A stretch of 64,000 bases of DNA from Candidatus Campbellbacteria bacterium GW2011_OD1_34_28 (GCA_001029775.1 CP011215.1:187187-251186); one strand, 5' to 3'; shown: positions 10,043 to 18,698, counted from the first letter of the stretch. Translations and numbers: made by a program. The notes: generated from the letters alone by a model not told the origin.

Positions 10043-10500
10043 TTATATCAAAAACAAATAAGTAGATATAAACATTTCACGTGAAACACCTTACTTTATC
10101 TTAAATCACAAAAAACACCGTATTTTCTGGATTCCTGCCTGCCGGCAGGCAGGGCTTCGCTATCGCTCGCAAAGACAACGAAAAAGCTTTGCTTTTTCTC
10201 AAATTCTTTTTTCTTTCAGAAAAAAGCGTCGTCGACAACTTCGCTGTCGTCTTCGCGAACAAAGTGAAGCGATCCACGAAACAATTGTGAGTTTCGTAAC
10301 TTAGAGTATAAAAACATTACAGACTGCAGAGGTTTAACTTCTGCAGTTTTATGTGTTTGTTACTTAGTAACACTACAATATGTTACACGTGGAACATATT
10401 TATACCAACGGTAACAACTTATAATTGACTTTACCCACCATTTTCATTATTCTAATTAAAGAAAAATAAAGATTTTCAATAATACTTATAGGAGAAAAAA

Positions 10501-10953
10501 TTGAAAACTATTCTTATAAAAGGTTCTGGCGACGTTACAGAGAGACAGGAATTTCTCGACTTTATCACCGAAAAATCAAAAAAAGATTATGTTGTTGTAA
10601 TATGTGGAGGAGGATCAAAGATAAATAAAGCGTTAAAAGAAGGAGGATATTCAGTACAATTTGATGATTCTGGACGAAGAATAACAAAAACCCAGGAAGA
10701 AAAGACAATTGCTCGTAATATACTTGAAAAAGAACGCAATATTCTTCAAGATAAATTTTATACCAAAAATGTTTTTGTTTTATCGCCAATTCTTTACGCA
10801 GGAGCAGTTATTTGCCACATAAATGGTGACGATCTCGTAAAAGCGTATGAATTAGGTTTTGATGAAATATTTATTTTTACAAAAGAAAAAAGAATAGAAA
10901 AGAAAAAACTTATTTTTAAAAATAATCCCAAAGTCACAATAATAGGAGTTTGA
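10501..10953 (+). CDS. Short amino-acid-kinase-fold protein (150 aa, possibly truncated), TTG start.
   Basis: N-terminal ILIKGSG ... VVVICGGGS glycine-rich nucleotide-binding motifs typical of the carbamate/acetylglutamate/aspartate kinase superfamily. It is much shorter than family members. Confidence 0.4.
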   Translation: MKTILIKGSGDVTERQEFLDFITEKSKKDYVVVICGGGSKINKALKEGGYSVQFDDSGRRITKTQEEKTIARNILEKERNILQDKFYTKNVFVLSPILYAGAVICHINGDDLVKAYELGFDEIFIFTKEKRIEKKKLIFKNNPKVTIIGV

Positions 10954-11529
10954 AAAACATTACAAATACCGCCATTAGGCGGTATTTTTTAATAATTTTG
11001 TTCCACGTGAAACTTTACTTGGTTGTTTCATAAATAACACAACACTAGGATTTCACGTGAAACCTGACAAATATGCCTAAAAACTAAAACCTGCCTACCG
11101 TGTCGTTGCTTTTCTTTCAGAAAAGAGGCAGGACTAACGACTAAAAACTGCTTATTTTGTTCCACGTGTAACACTTTTTACCATGTTTCTCGGTATAAAA
11201 TGTTACTACGTAACATTTTTCTGTGTATAAAGGACGTTTTTTAACATTTTTGTCCTTAAAACGCTTTTTGTCCGAAAAACCCTTATTTTAAGCCCTATAT
11301 TAACCAAAAATATGCCTAAAAATGACTAAAAATGACTTTTATAAGCAATTTTTTGAGCCTTATACACAAAGTTATCCACAGTTTTGATGTAATATAATCC
11401 GAATCTACAAATTTATCCGAATACTTCAAATTAACTGTTATTCGGACCATATAAATAATGTTGTTTTTTAATAAAATAAGTCTATACTGAGAATAGAAAA
11501 CATCTAAAATTCAAACAAAAGGATAAAAA

Positions 11530-12045
11530 ATGGATGAAAATGAGACTTTTGTAGAAGGCGTCTGTTGTTTTTTTAATTGTGGTTTTAAAACCATTCTCGC
11601 TAAAAAAACAAGAAAAATAGGTGTTGGACTTTGGAACGGTTACGGAGGAAAGAAAGAAGGAGATGAAACTCCCGAAGAAACCTCTATTAGAGAACTTTAC
11701 ACAGAGGCAGGTGTTTGGATAATACCAAAACATCTTAAAAAAGTTGGTGAAATATATTTCCATAACATGAAAAATGGAAGAACTATTTTTACTTTCAAGG
11801 TTCACATCTTTTTTGTTATTCAATGGGGTGGGGAAGTAACGGAGTCCGAGGAAATGGCAACCCCGACAGAATTTCTAAAGGACAATTTGCCTTACGACGA
11901 AATGATGCCTGCCGATGCAGAGTGGCTGCCTTTTATAATGAGAGGAGAAAAAATAGTTGCTCATGTTTTTCAAGACATTGAGAACAATATAAAAACAGGA
12001 GCAACAATTGTAGAAACGGTTGAATCCTTTGAGAAGGCCTGCTGA
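11530..12045 (+). CDS. NUDIX hydrolase.
   Basis: Nudix box GGKKEGDETPEETSIRELYTEAGV (GX5EX7REUXEEXGU). Confidence 0.65.
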   Translation: MDENETFVEGVCCFFNCGFKTILAKKTRKIGVGLWNGYGGKKEGDETPEETSIRELYTEAGVWIIPKHLKKVGEIYFHNMKNGRTIFTFKVHIFFVIQWGGEVTESEEMATPTEFLKDNLPYDEMMPADAEWLPFIMRGEKIVAHVFQDIENNIKTGATIVETVESFEKAC

Positions 12046-12111
12046 TGCGGGTCTTTTTTTGTTTTCAAATTTTAATTTATATGCTAGTATTTAGCTTGTA
12101 AATTTATATAT

Positions 12112-12182
12112 GCGGGTGTGGTTTAGTGGTAGAATATCTGCCTTCCAAGCAGAGGACGAGAGTTCGATTCTCTCCACCCGCA
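12112..12182 (+). tRNA. tRNA-Gly (anticodon TCC), no encoded CCA.
   Basis: Acceptor GCGGGTG/CACCCGC, anticodon stem TCTGC/GCAGA with loop CTTCCAA, T-arm GAGTTCGATTCTC. Confidence 0.85.
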
Positions 12183-12228
12183 CAAAAATGTAAAACCGAA
12201 GCGAGCAGCTTCGGTTTTACTAATTTTT

Positions 12229-12405
12229 GTAGTGGGTGGAGGGAGTCGAACCGAGCGAAGTATGGAGGAGCAGAGCGACGAACACGAGCCTGCCTGCCGG
12301 CAGGCAGGCGAGCGGGGGTCGAGAGTTCTTAACAAAAATGATTCCGAATTTATTGAGGATGAAATTTTTGTTTAGAACTGGCGACCGATTCTCTCCACCC
12401 GCACA
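12229..12405 (+). repeat. tRNA-Gly 3'-end-associated element. The left end GTAGTGGGTGGAGGGAGTCGAACC is an inverted, imperfect copy of the tRNA-Gly 3' half. It has an internal CCTGCCTGCCGGCAGGCAGG palindrome (12289-12308). The right end is an exact 19-nt direct copy GATTCTCTCCACCCGCACA (12387-12405; original 12166-12184).
   Basis: Read directly. It is preceded by the terminator hairpin at 12191-12220. It shares GTAGT, GGGAGTCGAA, GGAGG, GGGTCG-GAGT and GACCGATTC blocks with the tRNA-Arg element. Confidence 0.6.
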
Positions 12406-12664
12406 TAATTAAAACGACCCAGTGAAACTAGGTCGTTTTAATTTTTTCTACACCCTAAACCTGCCTGCCGTGTCGTTGCTTTTTTTTCAGATCAGAAAAG
12501 AGGCAGGCGCTATACCCTAAACCCTATTTAATTATATCTTTTCCAAAATATGTGTGTTACAATATTTTCAAATATTTACTCTGTTTGGCGTCGTAATTTT
12601 TTAATCGTTCAAGGGGTTTGTGTTTGTATGGTCGTAATTTAAAAAGTTAAATAAACAAATCAAA

Positions 12665-12943
12665 ATGAACGAAAATCGTCAAATGTTTAGTGGAAATTGG
12701 TCATGTGCTGATTGTGGTAAAGCCATAACAGAACTACCTTTTGAACCAAGAGATACTAGCAATCTTTCATGTTTCGACTGTCACAAAGCGAAAGCTCCAA
12801 AGAGAAACAACAATTTTGAAAGAAAAATGTTCAATGGAAATTGGACATGTGCTGGTTGTGGAGGATCAATTACACAATTGCCTTTTGAACCAAGAGATAC
12901 TTCAAACTTGAAGTGTAGAGATTGTTTCAAGAACAACAAATAA
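12665..12943 (+). CDS. Small protein with a tandemly duplicated C4 zinc-ribbon module (2 x MF-GNW-C-x2-CG...LPFEPRDTSNL-C-x-DC).
   Basis: Two near-identical ~45 aa halves, each with a CxxC-x17-CxxC pattern; lies between tRNA-Gly and tRNA-Arg. Confidence 0.5.
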   Translation: MNENRQMFSGNWSCADCGKAITELPFEPRDTSNLSCFDCHKAKAPKRNNNFERKMFNGNWTCAGCGGSITQLPFEPRDTSNLKCRDCFKNNK

Positions 12944-13017
12944 CAAATTTAAAAATCCGCCTTTGGGCGGATTTTTAAATTTGCCCCGCAACACTTAATA
13001 TCATATACTTTCGTTAT

Positions 13018-13089
13018 GTTCCCATGGTGAAATGGATATCACGACGGTCTTCGGAACCGTCATTGGGGGTTCGAGTCCCTCTGGGAACA
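13018..13089 (+). tRNA. tRNA-Arg (anticodon TCG), no encoded CCA.
   Basis: Acceptor GTTCCCA/TGGGAAC, anticodon stem ACGGT/ACCGT with loop CTTCGGA, T-arm GGGGGTTCGAGTCCCTC. Confidence 0.8.
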
Positions 13090-13135
13090 CAAAAATAATG
13101 GAAAAAATGCGATAGCATTTTTGCATTATATTTTT

Positions 13136-13315
13136 GTAGTCCCCAGAGGGATTCGAAAGACGGAGGCGGTATACAAGATAAATTTTCTGAAAGAAATTTA
13201 GGCTTGTCGCCGAGTCGGGGTCGCGAGTACTTAGCGGATTTGAGCCCGAAGGGCGAAAAATACGCTTAGTAACTTGTGACCGAATCCCTGCCTACTGGCA
13301 GGCAGGAACACAAAA
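13136..13315 (+). repeat. tRNA-Arg 3'-end-associated element. The left end GTAGTCCCCAGAGGGATTCGAA is an inverted copy of the tRNA-Arg 3' half. It has an internal CCTGCCTACTGGCAGGCAGG palindrome. The right end is GAATCCCT...GGAACACAAAA (exact 11-nt direct copy of 13084-13094), followed by hairpin CCCCGCGACGAAGTGTCGCGGGG.
   Basis: Read directly; homologous internal blocks with the tRNA-Gly element. Confidence 0.55.
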
Positions 13316-13469
13316 CCCCGCGACGAAGTGTCGCGGGGCAGTATTTAACGAGAAATAAAAGTACTTTCTTTTAAAAAAATCCTTGGAAAAAGTTTTCTCT
13401 TTCTGAACCCAAGAGCCTCAAGATTTATCTTTTTTAAATCAAGCTTTCTTTTCTTTTTTGCTTTTCTTT

Positions 13470-14099
13470 TCAAGATAACCTCCTCTTTCCTTTCATCTTA
13501 AAAACAAGTCTCTTCCTTCTGTCCAAAATTTCCTCAGGTGTCGCCCACGGAAAAAGTTTTGATTTACCCCAAACAGGAATGGGCGGGGGAAGTGGTGGAA
13601 TTAAAAAACAAAAAATATTTTTGATGTTTCTAAAAATAAAATTAATTATCATAGCGTGTATCACCTTAGGTAGTGAAAATTAATCTCAAAGATTTAAAGA
13701 TTAATTTCATTTGCCAAAAACGCTCAACCCTCGGCATCGCCTCGGGAATAAATTCGCGCTCGGGAACATTCCATTCGGGGAAAGCCCAAACCTTCATTCC
13801 ACCCTTACTTTTTTTCTTTCGCTTATCTTTTTTCGGAAGTCTCTTTCCTGACATAAGCACCTCTCTTAATCAAGGATTATTGTTTTTGAATTGTGCCACG
13901 ATCTCATTTTTGCTATATCAAGTTTTTTTATTGCGCGTTTTAATTTTTTATCATGATATCGCATAATCCGACGAACATGTTCTTTTGTTAAAGAAATTGG
14001 AACAAAAGACTTATTTTTTCTCATTTTTTTCAAAGCAACCACAAAACCCCCCTTTTGAAGAATTGTTTTTATTTTCCAATTTAACACTATCACAACCAA
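13470..14099 (-). pseudogene. Possible decayed gene: three abutting short minus-strand ORFs in three different frames (14099-13866, 13860-13666, 13664-13470). They are basic (KKDKRKKKSKGG), with no recognisable family.
   Basis: End-to-start abutment of ORFs in shifting frames between the tRNA-Arg element and cca. No homology recognised, so this could equally be non-coding. Confidence 0.2.
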
Positions 14100-14134
14100 T
14101 GCAATAAAACAAAAATTTAGCTATAATCTAAGCA

Positions 14135-15601
14135 ATGAAATTCAACATTCCAAAAGAAGTTTCCCAAGTAACAGAAACTTTGAATAACGCAGGTTTTGAA
14201 GCCTATCTGGTAGGGGGTTGTGTTCGCGACCTTATTTTAGGCAAAGAACCAAAAGACTGGGATGTTACAACAAACGCCACACCCGAACAAATTCAAAAAA
14301 TCTTTGAACATACTTTTTATGAAAATACTTTTGGAACAGTCGGAGTAGTAAATGACGAAACAGAAGATCTAAAATTAAAAACAATAGAAGTAACTCCTTA
14401 TCGTCTTGAGTCAGAATATTCCGATTCTCGAAGACCAGATTCTGTAAAATTTAGCGACAAACTAGAAGACGATTTGAAAAGACGCGACTTTACAATGAAT
14501 GCAATCGCTTATGACCCAATTAAAAACGAATTGGTTGATTTGTATGACGGACAAAAAGATATAAAAAACAAAACAATAAAAGCAGTAGGGGGGCCAGAAG
14601 AAAGATTTGGGGAAGATGCTTTGAGAATTTTGAGAGCGGTTAGGTTCAAAGCCGAACTTGGTTTTGAAATAGAAAAAGAAACAGGAAAAGCTATCCAAAA
14701 AATGGCAAGCAAACTGGAAAAAATTTCACAAGAAAGAATTCGCGATGAATTTGTTAAAATCGTGATGTCTGAAAATCCTATGAAAGGTATTGAACTAGCT
14801 CACGAATTGGAAATATTAAAATACATTGTTCCAGAATTGGAGGAGGGAATAGGCAGTGATCAAAAAGGGGCACATATCTATACTATCTGGGAACACAATT
14901 TGCGCGCTGTTCAACACTCTGCTGACAAAAACTGGCCTTTGCATGTACGGTTGTCGGCTTTGTTACATGATGTAGGAAAACCAGCGACAAAAAGATTTGA
15001 TAAAATAAAAAAAGAAAATACTTTTTATGGACACGAAGTAGTGGGAGCAAGAATGACAGAAAAGATTCTAAAAAGATTAAAATTTCCAAATGAAATTGTA
15101 GAGATAGTTACAAAATTGGTAAGAAATCATTTATTCTTTTCTGATGTAGATAAAATAACTCTCTCTGCAGTGAGAAGAATAATTGCCAATGTTGGTGCGG
15201 ACAGAGTTTGGGAGCTTATGGATGTGCGTTCCTGCGACAGAATAGGCATGGGTGTAGCAAAAGAAACTTCTTATAGATTAAAAAAATATCATTCTATGAT
15301 AGAAGAGGCAATGAAAGATCCTGTTTCTGTGGGAATGTTAAAAATAAATGGTAACGACATAATAAAAAATTTGAAGGAAAAACCTGGCCCAAAAATTGGA
15401 TTTATTTTGCATGCTCTTTTGGAAGAAGTGTTGGATGATCCAAAATTAAACACAAAAGAATATTTGGAAAAGAGGGCAGATGAGTTACTAAAATTGCCCG
15501 AAGAAGAATTAAAAAAATTAGGAGAGGCGGGGAAAGAGAAAAAGGATGAAGAGCAAGAGAGAGAAGTGGGAGAAATCAGAAAAAAATTTGGCGTTAAATA
15601 A
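14135..15601 (+). CDS. cca: CCA-adding tRNA nucleotidyltransferase with C-terminal HD domain.
   Basis: GGCVRDLILGKEPKDWDVTT polymerase-beta-like head, RRDFTMNAIA, HD motif LLHDVGKP. This fits the observation that none of the three tRNAs encodes CCA. Confidence 0.85.
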   Translation: MKFNIPKEVSQVTETLNNAGFEAYLVGGCVRDLILGKEPKDWDVTTNATPEQIQKIFEHTFYENTFGTVGVVNDETEDLKLKTIEVTPYRLESEYSDSRRPDSVKFSDKLEDDLKRRDFTMNAIAYDPIKNELVDLYDGQKDIKNKTIKAVGGPEERFGEDALRILRAVRFKAELGFEIEKETGKAIQKMASKLEKISQERIRDEFVKIVMSENPMKGIELAHELEILKYIVPELEEGIGSDQKGAHIYTIWEHNLRAVQHSADKNWPLHVRLSALLHDVGKPATKRFDKIKKENTFYGHEVVGARMTEKILKRLKFPNEIVEIVTKLVRNHLFFSDVDKITLSAVRRIIANVGADRVWELMDVRSCDRIGMGVAKETSYRLKKYHSMIEEAMKDPVSVGMLKINGNDIIKNLKEKPGPKIGFILHALLEEVLDDPKLNTKEYLEKRADELLKLPEEELKKLGEAGKEKKDEEQEREVGEIRKKFGVK

Positions 15602-15605
15602 AATG

Positions 15606-15632
15606 GAGGACGTCCGACGTCCTCCATTTTAT
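15606..15632 (+). terminator. Rho-independent terminator of cca (GGAGGACGTC CGAC GTCCTCC + T-run).
   Basis: Perfect 8-bp stem plus ATTTTATTT read directly. Confidence 0.6.
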
Positions 15633-15639
15633 TTGTGAA

Positions 15640-16000
15640 TTTACTTGCACAAATATTAAAAATAAGTAATATAACAGCAGGCAAAGAGTATTGAAACAAC
15701 GATAGTTTGGAACACGTCAGTAGTCTTTGGATTATCTTGCTTGCCGAGGTAAACCAAAGGACGACTGGGGTTCGAGGCCCCTTTATCGGTCTTGTTGAGA
15801 GGTTTCGGAGAATGTAGAATAGGCGGGAGGCGATGACATTTTGGCGCCAGCAAAAATCGAGCCGTCGGTGCAATACCGCTTACCGAAACCATCAGGAGTT
15901 ATTCGCTTTCGCGTTTAACTAACAGCTATCTAAATCTCAGGAGATTGTTTGCTCTTTGCCTACTGGACCCATACCCCTTGAAAAAGGTATGGGTTCTTTT
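15640..16000 (+). ncRNA. Candidate structured non-coding RNA of unknown class (~350 nt), ending in a strong terminator hairpin (CCCATACC...GGTATGGG + T7). It contains a tRNA-like T-arm, GGACGACUGGGGUUCGAGGCCCCU.
   Basis: GC-richer than its surroundings, with no credible ORF (the antisense ORFs 15289-15873 and 15656-15892 are low-complexity). The T-loop-like GGGGTTCGAGGCCCC and the terminator at 15967-16000 are visible. Class assignment to tmRNA, RNase P or SRP was attempted by eye and failed. Confidence 0.3.
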
Positions 16001-16397
16001 TTATTTAAATGTTTAAGTGCTTAAATTTTTAAAATTAAAAAACCACCCAATCGTGATTTGTATATAACAACGGTTAAATATTTGTAAATGGCAGAAAACA
16101 AATAAGTGACTTTATGTTAAAGAGTGATCGAAAAGGAGAGTGATCACAAAAATAAAAAATTATTACGATAAAGGTGGTTTATAAAAAATGTCTCTAGTGA
16201 GACAACAAAATTTCAAAGAACACAAAGAACAAATTGTTTTTTATAAAGGCCTCCCGTAAAAGACATTTCTAATAAAACATTAACCTAACTAATATTGTAC
16301 TATATAAAGGACAAAATAAAAGACATTCTGTGGATAACTAAAAAGTGTCTTTTACGCATAAAAGACACTTTTTAGTTATCCAAATTTAAAATTATTT

Positions 16398-17168
16398 TTA
16401 GATATTTATATCTAAAAATATTGGCGCATGATCAGAACCAAGTATTTCATCTAAAATATCCGCATTTTTTACCTGTGAAACCAAATCATCAGATACAAAA
16501 AAATAATCAATTCTCCAACCAACATTTCTATCTCTCGCTCTAGTCTTCATATCCCAATAAGAATAAGTATTTATCTTGTTTGGATTCAGATGACGAAAAA
16601 TATCAACATATTTGTTTTCAATCACTTTATCAATCCATGCTCTTTCCTCGAGCAAAAAGCCTGTATTTTTTTCATTTTCTTTTGGTCGTGCCAAATCTAT
16701 TTCTTTGTGAGCGGTATTTACATCTCCACAGAAAATAACACTGTAACCATCTTTTCTCAATTTATTTATATGATTCAAAAAGGTTTCATAGAACTCCATT
16801 TTATATTTCAATCTGTGCGGACCCATCCCTCCGTTTGGAAAATAACAGTTAATCAAAACAATTTTGCCAAAATACATAGCCAAAAAGCGTCCTTCTTGAT
16901 CAAATTCCTCTACTCCCATTCCATATTCCACATTGTCAGGTTTTGTTTTTGTGTAAATCGCGACACCACTATAACCTTTTTTAACTTGTGAAGAAGAAAA
17001 ATATGCATAATATCCTTGCACACTCAGCAAATCTTCTGGCAATTGTTCTGGATGTGATTTTGTTTCTTGAATACAAAAAATATCAGGGGTTTCACGTTTC
17101 ACCCAATCCAAATTGCCTTTCTTATACCAAGCCCTTATTCCATTTACATTCCAAGAAATTATTTTCAT
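16398..17168 (-). CDS. xth: Exodeoxyribonuclease III / AP endonuclease.
   Basis: MKIISWNVNGIRA...IFCIQETK...SDHAPI EEP-family motifs. Confidence 0.9.
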   Translation of the reverse strand: MKIISWNVNGIRAWYKKGNLDWVKRETPDIFCIQETKSHPEQLPEDLLSVQGYYAYFSSSQVKKGYSGVAIYTKTKPDNVEYGMGVEEFDQEGRFLAMYFGKIVLINCYFPNGGMGPHRLKYKMEFYETFLNHINKLRKDGYSVIFCGDVNTAHKEIDLARPKENEKNTGFLLEERAWIDKVIENKYVDIFRHLNPNKINTYSYWDMKTRARDRNVGWRIDYFFVSDDLVSQVKNADILDEILGSDHAPIFLDINI

Positions 17169-17252
17169 ATATTTATATTAAAAGTATAAACCAGAGTTTT
17201 GATAGTAGAAAGGGCCCATCCTGTTGTGAAACAAGACGGGCCCTTTAGACGA

Positions 17253-17744
17253 TCAGTGTTGATTGAACAACCCCGAGATCGCCGCTGTTATCGCTCCGCG
17301 ATAAGTGCGAAACCTCTCTCTTTCGTTGTAATAATTATGCCGGTAGTGGTCCGGCATATAAGTGCTTTCTCCGATAGAGGTGGCAACTGTGTCGCCGGAT
17401 GCGATATTTACCACCGTGATCGTGACGACCTTGCGGTCTTCGTAATCACTGGCGGACACCAGCGCCCAGTACTCGGCTCTGTCCCGTTGCGACGGAACAA
17501 CACCCCACCGCATAAACTCGGTGGTGAGCAAGGCATGGTAAGTCGGGTCTCTCTGAAACTCGTGTTCCGCGTTTTCGTCAACGCTGAACGAAAGCCTTTT
17601 CCCGCTAAGCCACCTGTTGGCCTCGGCGGGAGCGGAGCTGTCCACTCGGACAACCCCGTAGGAACTGGATGTCTTCACTCCGCACCCGCCAAGCGAAAAC
17701 GCAACAACCAACGATACCAGAAAAAAACCAATTGTCTTTTTCAT
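17253..17744 (-). CDS. Lipoprotein of unknown function, encoded in a GC-rich island.
   Basis: Signal peptide plus lipobox LGGCG. The coding DNA is about 55% GC versus about 30% around it. It is followed by the GC-rich terminator GGGCCCATCCTG...GACGGGCCC (17212-17246). Confidence 0.6.
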   Translation of the reverse strand: MKKTIGFFLVSLVVAFSLGGCGVKTSSSYGVVRVDSSAPAEANRWLSGKRLSFSVDENAEHEFQRDPTYHALLTTEFMRWGVVPSQRDRAEYWALVSASDYEDRKVVTITVVNIASGDTVATSIGESTYMPDHYRHNYYNERERFRTYRGAITAAISGLFNQH

Positions 17745-17882
17745 AAAGCACCTCCTAAAAAAATTTATATTAAAAAGCTATTATTTCCTGCAAAAATAAT
17801 ACAGGAATTAGAGCCTTTTGTCAACCCTACATAAAAAAATAATACCGCTCGGGAAACCGAGCGGTATAGGAATTGTTGGCGA

Positions 17883-18698
17883 TTAAAGTTCAACAATCAT
17901 AAAATCATTACATTTGATGGAAAGACCCGATTTTGCCAAACGAGGATTGACCCATCCCTCCACAAGCTTTTTAAAATCGGCCTGTTGTTTTGAATCAAGG
18001 TAGTTGTAAAACTCACTTATTTTTTTTGAATTGGCTTCGTTAAATTCAAGAAGATGATACTTGGCCAAATTAGTAACAACAGATACAGACGCTCCGGGGA
18101 AATTTCCATTCTCAAAGTACTGAGTAAATTTTCCCTCTTTTGCCTCGGGAATTTCTGTCACAAATTTTTTTTCGTCCACAATGATTATCTTGACCGAATA
18201 TTTCAACGGCCTAATTTTCGGATTTGAAGTTACGGGACTCACCGAAGAAAAACCGATCAATTCTGTGGATGGAATATTAAAACAGTCTTTATTATCCAAA
18301 CAAAATTTCCCTATCGGATACTTTACGATAATGCCGTCAGCTTTTTGACTCGCCACATACGAAAGCCCCCAATTGGGATATTCATAATAAAACGGCGAAA
18401 GGCCTACAACGACAACTGTTAAAAAAAGAACCTGAAAGTGATTTATCTTTTTATCCTTTATCAGATAATTAAAAGATTCTTTAGAGAAAGTAAACCAAGG
18501 GAAACAATCCTTAAAATATTTTTCAAGTATTTTCTTTACCGAAAACCACGCCAGAAAAATACAAAGTCCCCATAAAACAAATGCCATAAGAAACCCCCTT
18601 CTCATAAATTGAATTGATATAGAACACCTGTCGTTATTTATAATATAACGAAAAATAATAAGCAAGCACAAACAAAAAACCATACCGTCATTTTGCAA
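17883..18698 (-). CDS. Hypothetical membrane protein.
   Basis: Long ORF with N-terminal hydrophobic helices; no family recognised. Confidence 0.4.
   Translation of the reverse strand: MQNDGMVFCLCLLIIFRYIINNDRCSISIQFMRRGFLMAFVLWGLCIFLAWFSVKKILEKYFKDCFPWFTFSKESFNYLIKDKKINHFQVLFLTVVVVGLSPFYYEYPNWGLSYVASQKADGIIVKYPIGKFCLDNKDCFNIPSTELIGFSSVSPVTSNPKIRPLKYSVKIIIVDEKKFVTEIPEAKEGKFTQYFENGNFPGASVSVVTNLAKYHLLEFNEANSKKISEFYNYLDSKQQADFKKLVEGWVNPRLAKSGLSIKCNDFMIVEL

Noticed and set aside
12123-12335. ORFs overlapping tRNA-Gly on both strands
   Set aside because: They coincide with the tRNA gene and the REP palindrome; non-coding.
15289-15892. ORFs 15289-15873(-) and 15656-15892(-), 194 and 78 aa
   Set aside because: The first is antisense to the 3' end of cca. 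Both are low-complexity (S/F/N-rich) and overlap a region better explained as a structured RNA plus terminator.
15640-16000. Assignment of the ncRNA candidate as tmRNA or RNase P RNA
   Set aside because: The T-arm-like motif has no GGGG 5' acceptor partner and no G3-U70. The RNase-P-like minus-strand stretches lack the invariant P4 strand (AGGAAAGUCC). The class is left unresolved; tmRNA and RNase P are not asserted.
17199-17834. Plus-strand ORF of 211 aa and minus-strand ORF 17408-17653 overlapping the lipoprotein gene
   Set aside because: The GC-rich island produces long spurious open frames on all strands. Only the minus-strand lipoprotein has a signal peptide/lipobox and an adjacent terminator.
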